From NCBI RefSeq assembly GCF_963921235.1, contig NC_086097.1, positions 214,956,001 to 215,020,000 of the forward strand: a DNA stretch of 64,000 bases. The letters are read 5' to 3'. Below are positions 53,262 through 64,000 of the stretch, piece after piece. The stretch is from Mobula hypostoma. Lineage: Eukaryota. Positions within the stretch are counted from its first letter, which is position 1; each line of letters begins with the position of its first letter. The notes beneath the pieces were generated by a model. It had not been told where the DNA came from, searched no databases, and was given only the letters and a program-made list of their open reading frames with translations. A program made the position numbers and the translations under genes.

Positions 53262-54390
53262 TGAAACATAGAAACATAGAGAACCTACAGCACAATACAA
53301 AGCTGTGCCAAACATGTCCTGACCTTAGAACTACCTAGGCTTACCCATAGCCCTCGATTTTTCTAAGATCCACGTATCCATCCAGGAGTATCTTAAAAGG
53401 CCCTATTGTTTCCACCTCCACCATCACTGCCAGCAGCCTATTCCACACACTCACCACTCTCTACCCATGACATCTCCTCTGTACCTACTTCCAAGCACCT
53501 TAAAACTATGCCCTCTCATGCTAGCTATTTCAGCCCTGAGAAAAAGCCTTTGACTATCCACATGATCAATGCCTCTCATGATCTTGTACACCTCTATCAG
53601 GTCACCTCTCAATCCTCTGTCGCTCCAAGGAGAAAAGGCCAAGTTCACTCAACCTATTCTCCTAAGGCACACTCCCCAATCCAGGCAATATCCTTGTAAA
53701 TCTCCTCTGCACTATTTGTATGGTTTCCACATCGTTCCTGTAGTGAGGCGACCAGAATTGAGCACAGTCCTCCAAGTGGGATCTGACCAGGTCCTATATA
53801 GCTGCAACATTACCTCTCAGCTCTTAAACTTTATCCCATGATTGAAGGCCTATGCACTGTATGCCTTCCCACAGAGTCAACCTGCATAGCAGCTTTGAGT
53901 GTCCTATGGACTTGGACCCAAGATCCCTCTGATCCTCCACATTGCCAAGAGTCTTACCATTAATACTATATCCTGTCATCATATTTGACCTACCAAAATG
54001 AACCACTTCACACTTATCTGGGTTGAACTCCATCTGCCACTTCTCAGCCCAGTTATGCATCCTATCAATGTCCCGTTTTAACCTCTGACAGCCCTCCACA
54101 CTATCCACAACACCCCCAACCTTTGTGTCATCAGCAAATTTACTAACCCATCCCTCCACTTCCTCATTGAGGTCATTTCTAAAAATCGCAAAGAGTAAGG
54201 GTCCCAGAACAGATCCCTGAGGCACACCACTGGTCACCGGCCTCCATGCAGAATATGACCACTCTTTGCCTCCTGTGGGCAAGCCAGTTCTGGATCCACA
54301 AAGTAATGTCCCCTTGGATCCCATGCCTCCTTACTTTCTCAATAAGCCTTGCACGGAGTACATTATCAAATGCCTTCTTAAAATCAATCT
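53262..54390 (-). mobile_element. CR1 RT/3' fragment
   Basis: GVPQGSVLGPLLF and KFADDTKVGG motifs; (TTCTATGT)n tail. Confidence 0.9.
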
Positions 54391-56168
54391 ATCTCCCTAT
54401 CTGCTCCTCTGCTGAGATAAATGCATACCTCCTGCTAGATGATGCTCCTTCAACAGCATCCTTCCAGTCTTCCTATTAATCTTTCTCCAGACAAAGGATT
54501 TTCAAATGGTCACCCATTGTCCAAAAGCTAGAAGGTTTTCAAAACTTCTTTCACACTGAATATGAAAAAAATGATTTGAGAATTCATGCACATGAAATTC
54601 ATACAGCATGAAAAGAAAATGCTACAAGCACATTTGCATGATTACATTCAAAACACTTGAATTATATCCGTATACGTCCCAAGTTCTTTGGAGAAGATCA
54701 CAATCGGGGTAATGTGGTAGGAATCACTCATGCCCACATGGTATCCCTTCCGCATATTCATGAAGCTTCTGCCCATTTTGAGTGAATGCTCTCACCAACC
54801 AGCCAGAGCTCCAATGAGAATCTGATGACACACACAGACTGGAAATCCCATCCCCCCAATATCCGGTGCCATAGCTTCTGGAGTTAAAATTGACCAGCAT
54901 TGTTTGAATTTGGATCTTGCTTATCATTAAACAGCAAAATGCTCAGGACTCCAAAATAGACTGTAACATTTCCAGTCCTTCTCCCTCTTTATTTACTGTA
55001 GCGATATTAAAACAGCATTTCTAAAGATCTTCCAATATGACAAACAACATGTTCCACATATTAACAATGGATGACTTGAAACACTTCTCTTGAATAAATC
55101 TCTTTAAATTAGAATATGAGAATGTCACAGCATTTGTGCCTTGCCCTTTGTTCAGATCAGTTTTAAGCCTCTGTTCTTCCCATTTGCTCCTGCTCAGTCA
55201 CACACTGTGCCCTAAAGGTGCTTGTTTCCAATTATTTGTCTCTTATGGGCATGGGCTAGATGCACCAAATGGGGCCCACAAGATCAGCAGTTATTGTATA
55301 TCAAAAATTCAGCTTTTGGCTTTATTTCAGCACAAAATACAGGTCCTATTTCTCCCAGTAAGTCTTTTCAATATAAAGCTTCAATGATGGCTTCGTTTAT
55401 GTTCAAATCATTTGAAAACCAGCTGGTATTGATCCAATGAATCAAGTGATGCTAAGTTTATAAAAGAGAAATAAATCTGTTTTCATAACATGATCACATA
55501 GGTTACTAAAGTGATGCCTTTTTCCTGCTTTATGTTGAAAAGTTCTATTTTAACAATATCTTTTAAAAAATTACTGTGACGATTAACTGTATATCTGGTG
55601 AACCTTTTACATGGCAGCTATGATGAAGGAACTAGTTAAGGTCAGAATTTGCTTTCATACTCTCACCTCATGCCGGCATTAAAAGTTCAAAAATTTCAAA
55701 TTAAATTTATAATCAAAGTACATATATGTTACCATATAGTACCTTGACATGCACTTTCTTGCAGACAATTACAGGAAAAGAAGAATTTTATTGAAAATCC
55801 ATACATGAACAAAGACTGACTAACACCAATATACAAAAGAAGACAAACTTTGCAAATTAAAATAATACAGAGAATGAGTTGCAATGAGTCCACAGAAGTG
55901 AGTCTGTTGGTCATAGGAATTACGGATATAAGAATGGTTCTGATAATTGGATGCCATTCTTATTTCTTGAAAAGTGATTATCGTTCAAGGGTAATTGTTT
56001 TTAAACTCAAAATATTTTTTAACCTTAAAAGCATGATGACTTTATTGTATACTTTAAGTAATTCCTCTCCTTGCCTTTCCTGTTTTAATTAAGTTCCCAG
56101 ACTCGCAGTCAGGCCCATGCTGTCCCTGACCACCCCCGCCCCCAATCTTCACAGTAGCTTGCTCAGTT

Positions 56169-56204
56169 AGTCCTGACGAAGGGTCTCGGCCTGAAACGTC
56201 GACT
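56169..56204 (+). ncRNA. Minimal type I hammerhead ribozyme motif at the end of a Penelope-derived insertion
   Basis: AGTC-CTGACGA-A-GGGT(CTCG)GCCT-GAAAC-GTC^GACT: complete core, stem I AGTC/GACT, loopless palindromic stem III. The insertion is flanked by 17-bp TSD TAGCTTGCTCAGTTAGT (56155-71 / 56301-17). Confidence 0.75.
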
Positions 56205-56689
56205 GCACCTCTTCCTACAGATGCTGCTTGGCCTGCTGCGTTCACCAGCAACTTTGATGTATGTTGCTTGAATTTCCAGCATCTGCAGAATTCCTGTTGT
56301 TAGCTTGCTCAGTTAGTTCATTAACTGCCAATGTTTCATGTCCACCATTCTTGGGTATGTTCTTTAGTTCTGGAGTGCTGTCACCTCCAACTGTTTCTCT
56401 TCCAGCTAGCTGATCGCTCCAGTTCATGATCCCCATTGCCAATTCTGCACCGTTACTTCTCTTAAATCTCCTCATGAATTTCTGTCGTTAAACCCCACTA
56501 GTCTCTTTAGGCCTCTGATACATTGTAACTTTCTCTGGGTCACAACCTTAACAATTTTTCAAGCTGTGCTTCCAGCTCCATATTCTGTTATTGGTTTATT
56601 ATGATTGGTTTTGGTTTATAAGCAAGATACTGTACAGTGAAAAGCTTGTCTTGTTCATGCAGATCAAATCATTATACAGTGCATTGATT

Positions 56690-57702
56690 AGATTAGATTA
56701 GATTATGAGGACACTCAGTCCTAGTTTATTGTCATTTAGAAATGCATGCATTAAAAATGATACAATGTTCCTCCAGAGTGATATCACAAAATATTACTTC
56801 TGGTAATTCCCTCCCCCTCCCTTCCTCTATCCCTATTTCACATCACCTCCCTCATAGTTCCACCTCCTACTATTGTTATCCTGCCAATCACCTCCCTGCT
56901 TCCCCTCCCCCACCCCTTTGTCTTTCAAATTACTGTTTTTTTCAACTACCAGCATTCTTCAAACTCTCCCCAAAGTTCTTCCTTCAGTCCTGACGAAGGG
57001 TTTCGGCCCGAAACGTCAACTAATCTTTTCAACTGATGCTGACTGACCTGCTGAGTTCCTCCAGCGCATTGTGAATGTTCCTTTGACAACAGCATCTGCA
57101 GATTATTTTGTGTTTACAAAAAAAACAGGACAAACCAAAGACTAACACTGACAAGACCACATAATTATAACATATAGTTACAGCAGTGCAAAGCAATACC
57201 ATAATTTGATAACGAGCAGACCATGGGCATGGTAAAAAAAAGTCTCAAAGTTCCGATCAACTCCTGATAGTCCTGATAGCAGGCGGCAAAAGGGAGAAAC
57301 TCTCCCTGTCATAAACCTGCAGGCGCCGACAACTGCCAATGCATTGGAAGCACCTGACCACAGCTGACTCTGAATCGGTCCGAAAACTTTGAGCTTTCGA
57401 CCAGCCCCTCCGACACAGCCTCTCCAAGCACCAACCTCTGCCAAGCGCTTCGACTTCACCATGGCCGCCAAGCAACAAGCAAAGCCAAGGACTCGGGGCC
57501 TTTCCCTCCGGAGATTCTGGATCACACAGTAGCAGCAGCAGCAAAGAAGGCATTTTAGAAGTTTCTCCAGATGTTCCCCTGTGCTCTCACGTCTGTCTCC
57601 ATCAAATCAGGATTGTGCACGGCACCCTACTTGACAGATAACAGATATCATTCACCAGAGTGGCCACTGCAAGCTGCATTGTGCTGCCATCTTCTCCTCC
57701 TC
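56690..57702 (-). mobile_element. Non-coding short retroposon (same family as 28502-29077) interrupted by a Penelope-like 3' fragment at ~56790-57117
   Basis: Starts GGAGGAGAAGATGGC; ends with AATAAA and an (AATCT)n tail. Confidence 0.75.
56986..57021 (+). ncRNA. Second minimal hammerhead ribozyme motif
   Basis: AGTC-CTGACGA-A-GGGT(TTCG)GCCC-GAAAC-GTC^AACT; core intact, one stem I mismatch. Confidence 0.7.
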
Positions 57703-57704
57703 CG

Positions 57705-58500
57705 TTGTTCTACCATTGAGGTAGAACAAGGTAAAACTGCAGCAGGTGCAGTGCAGGTAAACAATAAAGTTCAAGGTAAATTGTGAGGTCAAGAGTCCAT
57801 CTTATCCTGCAAGAAGTCCATTCAGGAGTCTGAAAACAGTGGGATAGAAGCTGTCCTTCAGCCTGGTGGCACACACTCTCAGGCTTTTGTATCTTTCGCC
57901 TGATGGGCAAGGGGAGAAGGGAGAGTTTCTGGGGTGAGTGGGGTTTTTGGTTATGATGGCTGCGATAGTGAGGCAGCAAGAAGCATGAATAGAGCTTATG
58001 GAGAGGAGACTGGTTTCCATGATATGCTGCGCTGTGGCCACAACTCTGCAATTTCTTGCAGTCATGTGCAGAGCAGTTCCCGTACAGGGAGAATGCTTTC
58101 TATGGAGGATTGATAAAAATTGGCAAAATTCATCGGTGATATGCCAAATTTCTTTAGGCTCTGGAGGAAGTAAAGGCAGTGGTGAGCTTTCTTGGCTGCG
58201 ATATCAACATGGTTGGATCAGGATGCACACACCTAGAACATTGAAGCTCTCAATCCACCCAACCTCAGCACTAGGTCGACAGAAGTCTATACACAGCCAC
58301 CCTTTCTGAAGACAATGAGTAGCTCTTTTGTTTAGTTGACATTGAGGGAAAATTTATTGTCATGACACCATGTTAATAGATTCCCTATCTCATTCCTGTA
58401 CTCCGACATCATTAAATGAGGTACAACCCACCATGGCGATGTCATCTGCAGACTTGTAGCTGGAGTTAGAGCAGAACCTGGCCACACAGTACAGAGGGAA
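57705..58500 (-). mobile_element. Degenerate Rex1/Babar-like RT 3' fragment
   Basis: TRLKDSFYPTVFRLLN C-terminus and KSADD remnant. Confidence 0.7.
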
Positions 58501-58599
58501 GTAGAGTAGAGTGGGTTGATGCTTTAAAAGATGTCATTCAGCCAGTCATCAAAGTGACAGCTTTGAAAGAGACATCAAATCAGTCTCACTTTCCTGCTC

Positions 58600-60900
58600 T
58601 CATTGGGCCATTGTGGGAGTGGGCTAGTGTTAGCGTGGTCAGGCTTTGGCAAAAACAGGCACAGGTCAAGGGTGCTGAATCATTTATTATTTATTATGAT
58701 TCTGGAATTTGGGCTTGAGAAGTTGGATCCAAAGGTATAACAGGCTTGGTCAGAAGAGGCTGAGTAAGTGACGTAGGTGAGTGCGAAACTCAAGAGTTTC
58801 AGAAGGAAGGCACTGATAAGAACAGGAAAGCATTTTTTCATCTCAGGATTACTGCCGGTGCCATGTGCTGGTCAGGGCAGGAATACGATGATAGTACAGA
58901 TGAATTAATGGCTGAGGAATTGGTGCAGGGGACAGGGTTTCAGATTCCTGGATAATTGTAACCGTTTCTGGGGCAGGGGGACCTGTACATGAGGAATTAG
59001 TTGCATCTAATCTGCAGGAGAACCAATATCCTGGCAAGGAGATTCACTAGTGCTACTTGAGAGAGTTCAAACTAGTATCGCAGAGGGACGGGAACCAAAG
59101 CACCAGGTCAGAAAGCGGAGGGATGGAGAGGAAGTTAGATGTCAGGGACAGTAGAAACATACAGGACCAAAGTCATAGATATGAAGGGATGGATAGTTTG
59201 AAGCGTGTGTATTTTCATGCTTGGAGTATTCTGGGTAAAGTTGATGAACTTAGAGCATGGAACTATGACATTGTGGAAATAACAGACGGTTGAGAGAAGG
59301 ACAGTAATGGGTAATTAATAGCCCAGAGTTGTGATGTTTTAGAAAAGACAGAGAGGGAGGTAAAAGAGTAGTCGGGGGGGGGGGGGTGTGAGAGGTGCAC
59401 TACTAATCAGCGACAATACCACACCTGTGTTCAGAGGGAATATAATATAATGGAGAGCTCATCCACTGACTTTATATGGCTAGAACCCAAAAATAGTAAG
59501 GGTGTAATCACTTTGATAGGATTGTACTACAATCCATAATCCCCTACTTTTCCCGCCACCCCCCCCCCACCACCACCATTAGCCACTGGGGCACTGAGTA
59601 TCAGATTGTAATGAGCTCTTCAGGCCTGTGCAGGGAGGTTAATTGTTGTTTAATGTTCATGGAATCTTCATCTCATGTTCTCAATATTTATTTATTATAT
59701 TTTTTTCTTTCTCTATTTGCACAGTTTTTTGTCACTGCACCCTGGGTAAATGCCCCATTTGTGTGGTTTTTCACTGATTCTGTTGTGGTTATTATTCTAT
59801 ATAGTTAATGAGTAAGCCCACAAGAAAATGAATCTCAAGGTTATATGTAGTGATATAGATATACTTTGATAACAAAATTTACTTTCAACTTCCTTAACAT
59901 AAACTGGGACCTTCTATGCGCAAGTGGTTTAGATGAGGCAGAATTTGGTCGGTACAACTCCTTATCCCTAGGAGGAATTCTCCATCAATATGCAGACTGT
60001 CCAAGAGGAGGGGCTGTACTGGGTCTGGTGATAGGCGATGAGCCTTGCCGCATGTTCAACCTTTCAGTGGGTGAACAGTGACCACAACTCCCTAAGTTTG
60101 AGATAGTTATAAATAAGGATAAGTATGAACTTTGTAGGAGAATATTAAATTGGAGCAGGGCAAATTACAAGAGCATTGAACTAGTGAGAGTTAATTGGAA
60201 ACAGTTATTTTTGGGCAAATCCATACATGACACATGGAAGGTGTCTAAAGGCCAATTTCACAGAGTACTGGACAGGCATGTTCCAGTCAGAAGGAGGGAT
60301 AAGGATGGCAAGATAAGATAAAAGAAAATCCCAAGCCGTTTTTATACATACGTTAGGCGCAAGAGGATAACTAGGGAGAGAGTAAAGTGTAAAGATGAGA
60401 ACATTTGTTGGATGCAAATGATGTGGGTGTGGTCCTTAATGACTACTTTACACCAGTGGGGCAGCATGGTAGTGTAGGGGTTAGCACAACGCTTTCTAGT
60501 ACCAGTGACATGGGTTAAATTTTGTAAGGAGGTTGTACATCCTTCCCGTGACCGCATGGGTTTTCTCCCATTGTCTGTAGACATACTGCACTGGTTGGTA
60601 GGTTAATCAGTCATTGTAAATTGTCTCATGATTACGCTAAGGTTAAACCAGGGGTAGCTGATTGGCACTGCTTGAAGAGCCAGAAGGGCCTGTCCCATGC
60701 TGTAAAATAAAATAAAAGCATTCACCAAGGAGAAGGATACGGAGGATACGGAGATTAGTGCCGAGAGTATTAATATGCCACAACATCTCCAAGTAAAGGA
60801 GGAGATAGTGCTGGGTCTCATAAAGAGCACGAAGGAGGATAAGTCTCCAAGGCCTGAGGGGTAGACCCCAGGTTATTGAGAAAGACAAGTTAAGTGATTA
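58600..60900 (+). mobile_element. Highly degenerate CR1 (5' region to RT start) with nested repeats
   Basis: YFHAWSILGKVDELRAW and DKSPRPEG remnants, collinear with 500-2200. Confidence 0.65.
60456..60715 (+). mobile_element. tRNA-derived V-SINE-like element (HE1-like)
   Basis: GGGGCAGCATGGTAGTGTAGGGGTTAGCAC head, V-domain-like GGAGGTTGTACATCCTTCCCGTGACCGCATGGGTTTTCTCC, and a (TAAAA)n tail. Confidence 0.6.
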
Positions 60901-60905
60901 CTGGG

Positions 60906-61935
60906 TGTTATGTTTTGCAACTCCAAAAACTAATTGAAAGAAAAACACAGGACATGTGTACTTAGTTTCTTATCTTTAGTGATGCACTCACATATGATAA
61001 GGAGGCTAAATGACGAATGCCATTCATGTGCTCCTTAATTTAACACATAATGAACTATGTAAGCAAAGAATGCTTAATCAAATAATATATTTACAATATT
61101 ACTCAAATATTACTGAAATAATAAATACACTACACTGCTCCCTGCTCAGCTATAAACTCCAATCCAATATAGAATGCATCTCAACTCTAGTCTATATATA
61201 TATACACACAAACACAGAGGCATGCATAAACACTACAATATAGAGACATCCACAGCACAGTGAATTTTAATGTAATACACACAAATTGTTGGAGGAGCTA
61301 GCAGGCTAGGCAGCATCTATGGAAAAGAGTAAATAGTTGATATTTCAGGCTGAGACCCTTCATCGGGACACTTCATCCTGATGAAGGGTCTCAGCCCAAA
61401 ACGTAGACTGTACTCTTTTCCATAGATGTTGCCTGGCCTGCTGAGTTCCTCCAGTATTTTTATGTGTATTGCTTTGATTTCCAGCATCTGCAGATTCCCT
61501 CTTGTTTGTGATAGTAAATTTTAAACTAAATAAATTTAAAATCAGGTCTAAAGATTTAATCGCTATGGAGGATTTCTTACTCTTGTGGCCGTGAAACAAT
61601 TTCAGATTTTGGGGCCTCCTCCGTGGTGGCTGTAGGAGTTGACTCTGGATCTGCAGGAAGTGGTTCTGACAGCTCTGGATACCAGCCTTCACTTACAATT
61701 GACTCTGCTCTCCATAACCGATCAACGTGTCGCCTCCAGATGATATCAGATGTAATCTCCACTGTGTAGGAGAGTGGTCCTGTTCTGTCCTGAATCTTTC
61801 CACGTACCCACTTTTGATCACCTCTAGTTCCTTACCAGGAGTGTATTTCCAGGAGTGAAACATTAAACCTCCTTGTTTGAGGAGCCCTCAGTTTGTCTCA
61901 GTTGTTTGTCCTGCCTACTCCTTCTGAGAGTTAAG
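60906..61935 (-). mobile_element. Gypsy fragment (integrase C-terminus plus probable 3' LTR)
   Basis: GPLSYTVEI...IWRRHVDRL motif at 61560-61800; TGTTATG terminus at ~60906. Confidence 0.65.
61271..61512. repeat. Palindromic Penelope-derived insertion (two opposed copies of the hammerhead-bearing repeat)
   Basis: ~95-bp inverted arms centred near 61372; flanks AGTGAATTTTAA (61259-70) and AGTAAATTTTAA (61513-24) form a probable TSD. Confidence 0.75.
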
Positions 61936-61949
61936 CTTGGGAAGATGAA

Positions 61950-62735
61950 TGTTGAATTGACTTTATTTCTTACATCCTTCACGTACCTGAGGAGTAAATA
62001 TCTTCATGTCTCCATATATATGTACAATGTGCAATCATAGTAATTCATAATTATTTATAATAAATAGACAGTCAATGTAATAAACACTAAAATCAGCGTG
62101 AGTTAATCAGTCTGATGGCCTGGTGGAAGAAGCTGTTCCGGAGCCTGTTGGTCCTGGCTTTTATGCTGCGGTACCACTTCCTGGATGGTAGTAGCTGGAA
62201 TAGATTGTGGTTGGGGTGACTTGAGCCCCCAATGATCCTACGGGCCCTTTTTACACACCTGTCCTTGTAAATGTCCTGAATCATGGGAAGTTCACAACTA
62301 CAGATGCGCTGGGCTGTCCACACCACCCTCTGCAGAGTCCTACAACTTAGGGAGATACAGTTCCCATACCAGGCAGTGATGCAGCCAGTCAGGATGCTCT
62401 CAATTGTGCCCCTGTAGAAAGTTCTTTGGATTTGGGGGCCCATACCAAACTTCCTCAATCATCTGAGGTGAAAGAGGCGCTGTTGTGCCTTTTTCACCAC
62501 ACAACTGGCGTGCACAGACCACATGAAGTCCTCAGTGATGTGGATGCCGAGGAACTTGAAGCTGTTTACCCTCTCAACCCCAGGTCCATTTATGTCAATA
62601 GGGGTTAGCCCGTCTCCATTCCTCCCGTAATCCACAACCAGCTCCTGTGTTTTTGCGACAATGAGGGAGAGGTTGTTTTCTTGACACCACTGTGTCAGAG
62701 AGATGACTTCTTTCATGTAGGCCACCTTGTTATTC
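61950..62735 (-). mobile_element. Rex1/Babar-like RT 3' fragment
   Basis: WCQENNLSL, FKFLGIHI, FYRGTIESILTGCITAWYG and SFFHQAIRLIN motifs. Confidence 0.88.
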
Positions 62736-63069
62736 AAAGAAAACACTTAGCATGGGGTTGTCACAAAAGGGACTTGAATGCTTCATTCTGAGGACACTAT
62801 CTTGAGGCATATGCTTTATCATTTTAGCAAGCCTGATCTTTTTACTCATTACATTACTATTTGATTCTTCTTTCAAGTAGAACACACACCTCAATCATTT
62901 TCTCCATTGCATAACACCAAAAACTCAAAGCAAGTTAACAGTTTCTAATCTATGTTTAACTAAAACATATACTGTTAATGCTGCCTTTAATTTCACATTT
63001 GAGGAACCAATAATTTTATATTTAGTGATAAAAGCAGAATAGTTGTACCTGGTGTTCTTGCAATATACA

Positions 63070-63655
63070 TGTAACGCGCTGTAAGGCTTCACTGCTAATG
63101 TAATGACTTCTCTGTAATGTTCACTGCTGAGGTAATGGTTTCTCTGCAGCAGCAATGTTTGGGTTATGGCTGGAGATAACAGGACTGTGGTATGCCTGTT
63201 AGCCAGTCAGAGATTGTTGCTCTGTGTTGTGAATCTGGAAAGATGTTGTTTTCGCGGTCCTTGGTCAAAGAGAGATGAAGAGGGAAGACACGTGTGGAGA
63301 GAGCTGGTAGACCACTGGACGGACTGGACTGGGATCTGAGGGGCCGAAGGTCGACGACGCTCGGAGGAGATCAATGATGGAAGAATGACTACTGAGTGAA
63401 CTCCAATGTGCACTTGTGACTTTTCCTTGAATTGGGCTCTTTTTTTTATTTTCATTACTAACCCTATATTCAGGTTAAGATTCATAAAGTTCACTCATTT
63501 AATTGTATATGGTGTACTGTCTGATATTTTGCGTTGTGGGTTTGTAACTGGGAGGTACATTACACAGCATCCACACAAATGTGCTTTCCCCGTTTGGCGG
63601 GGCCAAAGGCCGTTTCCCCTCGAAGAATACGAGCTGGGCGAGCCTGAGAGTTACA
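63070..63655 (+). mobile_element. Solo LTR
   Basis: Inverted termini TGTAAC...GTTACA with 4-bp TSD TACA (63066-69 / 63656-59). Confidence 0.8.
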
Positions 63656-63821
63656 TACATTACAGTTTTACATTTGTGCAGTTTCAAAGAATTTTTTGTT
63701 TTCACCTTGCACTGTAAGTTCCACAAGGTTAAAAATTGCCATTTTGAATTGTAATCACTCTCATGCACTTCCTTAGTAATAAAAATGTAGCATTTAATCA
63801 TAATTTAACATAAGTTTATCA

Positions 63822-64000
63822 AAGAAACATAGAAACATAGACATAGAAAACCTACAGCACAATACAGGCCCTTCGGCCCACAGAATTGTGCCGAACATGT
63901 CCCTACCTTAGAAATGACTAGGCTTACCTATAGCCCTTTATTTTACTAAGCTCCATGTACTTATCTAAAAGTCTCTTAAAAGACCCTATCATATCCGCCT
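63822..64000 (-). mobile_element. CR1 3' end
   Basis: (AAACATAG)n tail and a 3'UTR like 53262-53400. Confidence 0.85.

Overview
Eukaryotic, vertebrate genomic DNA dominated by transposable elements. The repeat mix (CR1, Rex1/Babar, RTE, Penelope-derived short repeats, a V-SINE) suggests a cartilaginous fish, which is an inference. Two host genes lie on the minus strand in the same tail-to-head order as human 8q12.3: the last two coding exons of TTPA (47836-47726, 46864-46691) and coding exon 1 plus CpG-island promoter of GGH (4418-4313, missed by the ORF track). Most other long ORFs are LINE or LTR remnants. Main observations: (1) a ~5.7 kb inversion (~23390-29077) that splits three different retroelements and leaves an RTE target-site duplication in opposite orientations; (2) minimal hammerhead-ribozyme cores in short Penelope-derived insertions with TSDs; (3) a precisely bounded non-autonomous Helitron ~1 kb upstream of GGH; (4) a deeply nested CR1>hAT>MITE>young CR1 stack; (5) a repeat-poor block at ~14.5-18.5 kb with a chain of minus-strand splice signals suggesting an unannotated transcript. 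I found no prokaryotic systems or CRISPR arrays. Boundaries of degenerate repeats are approximate.
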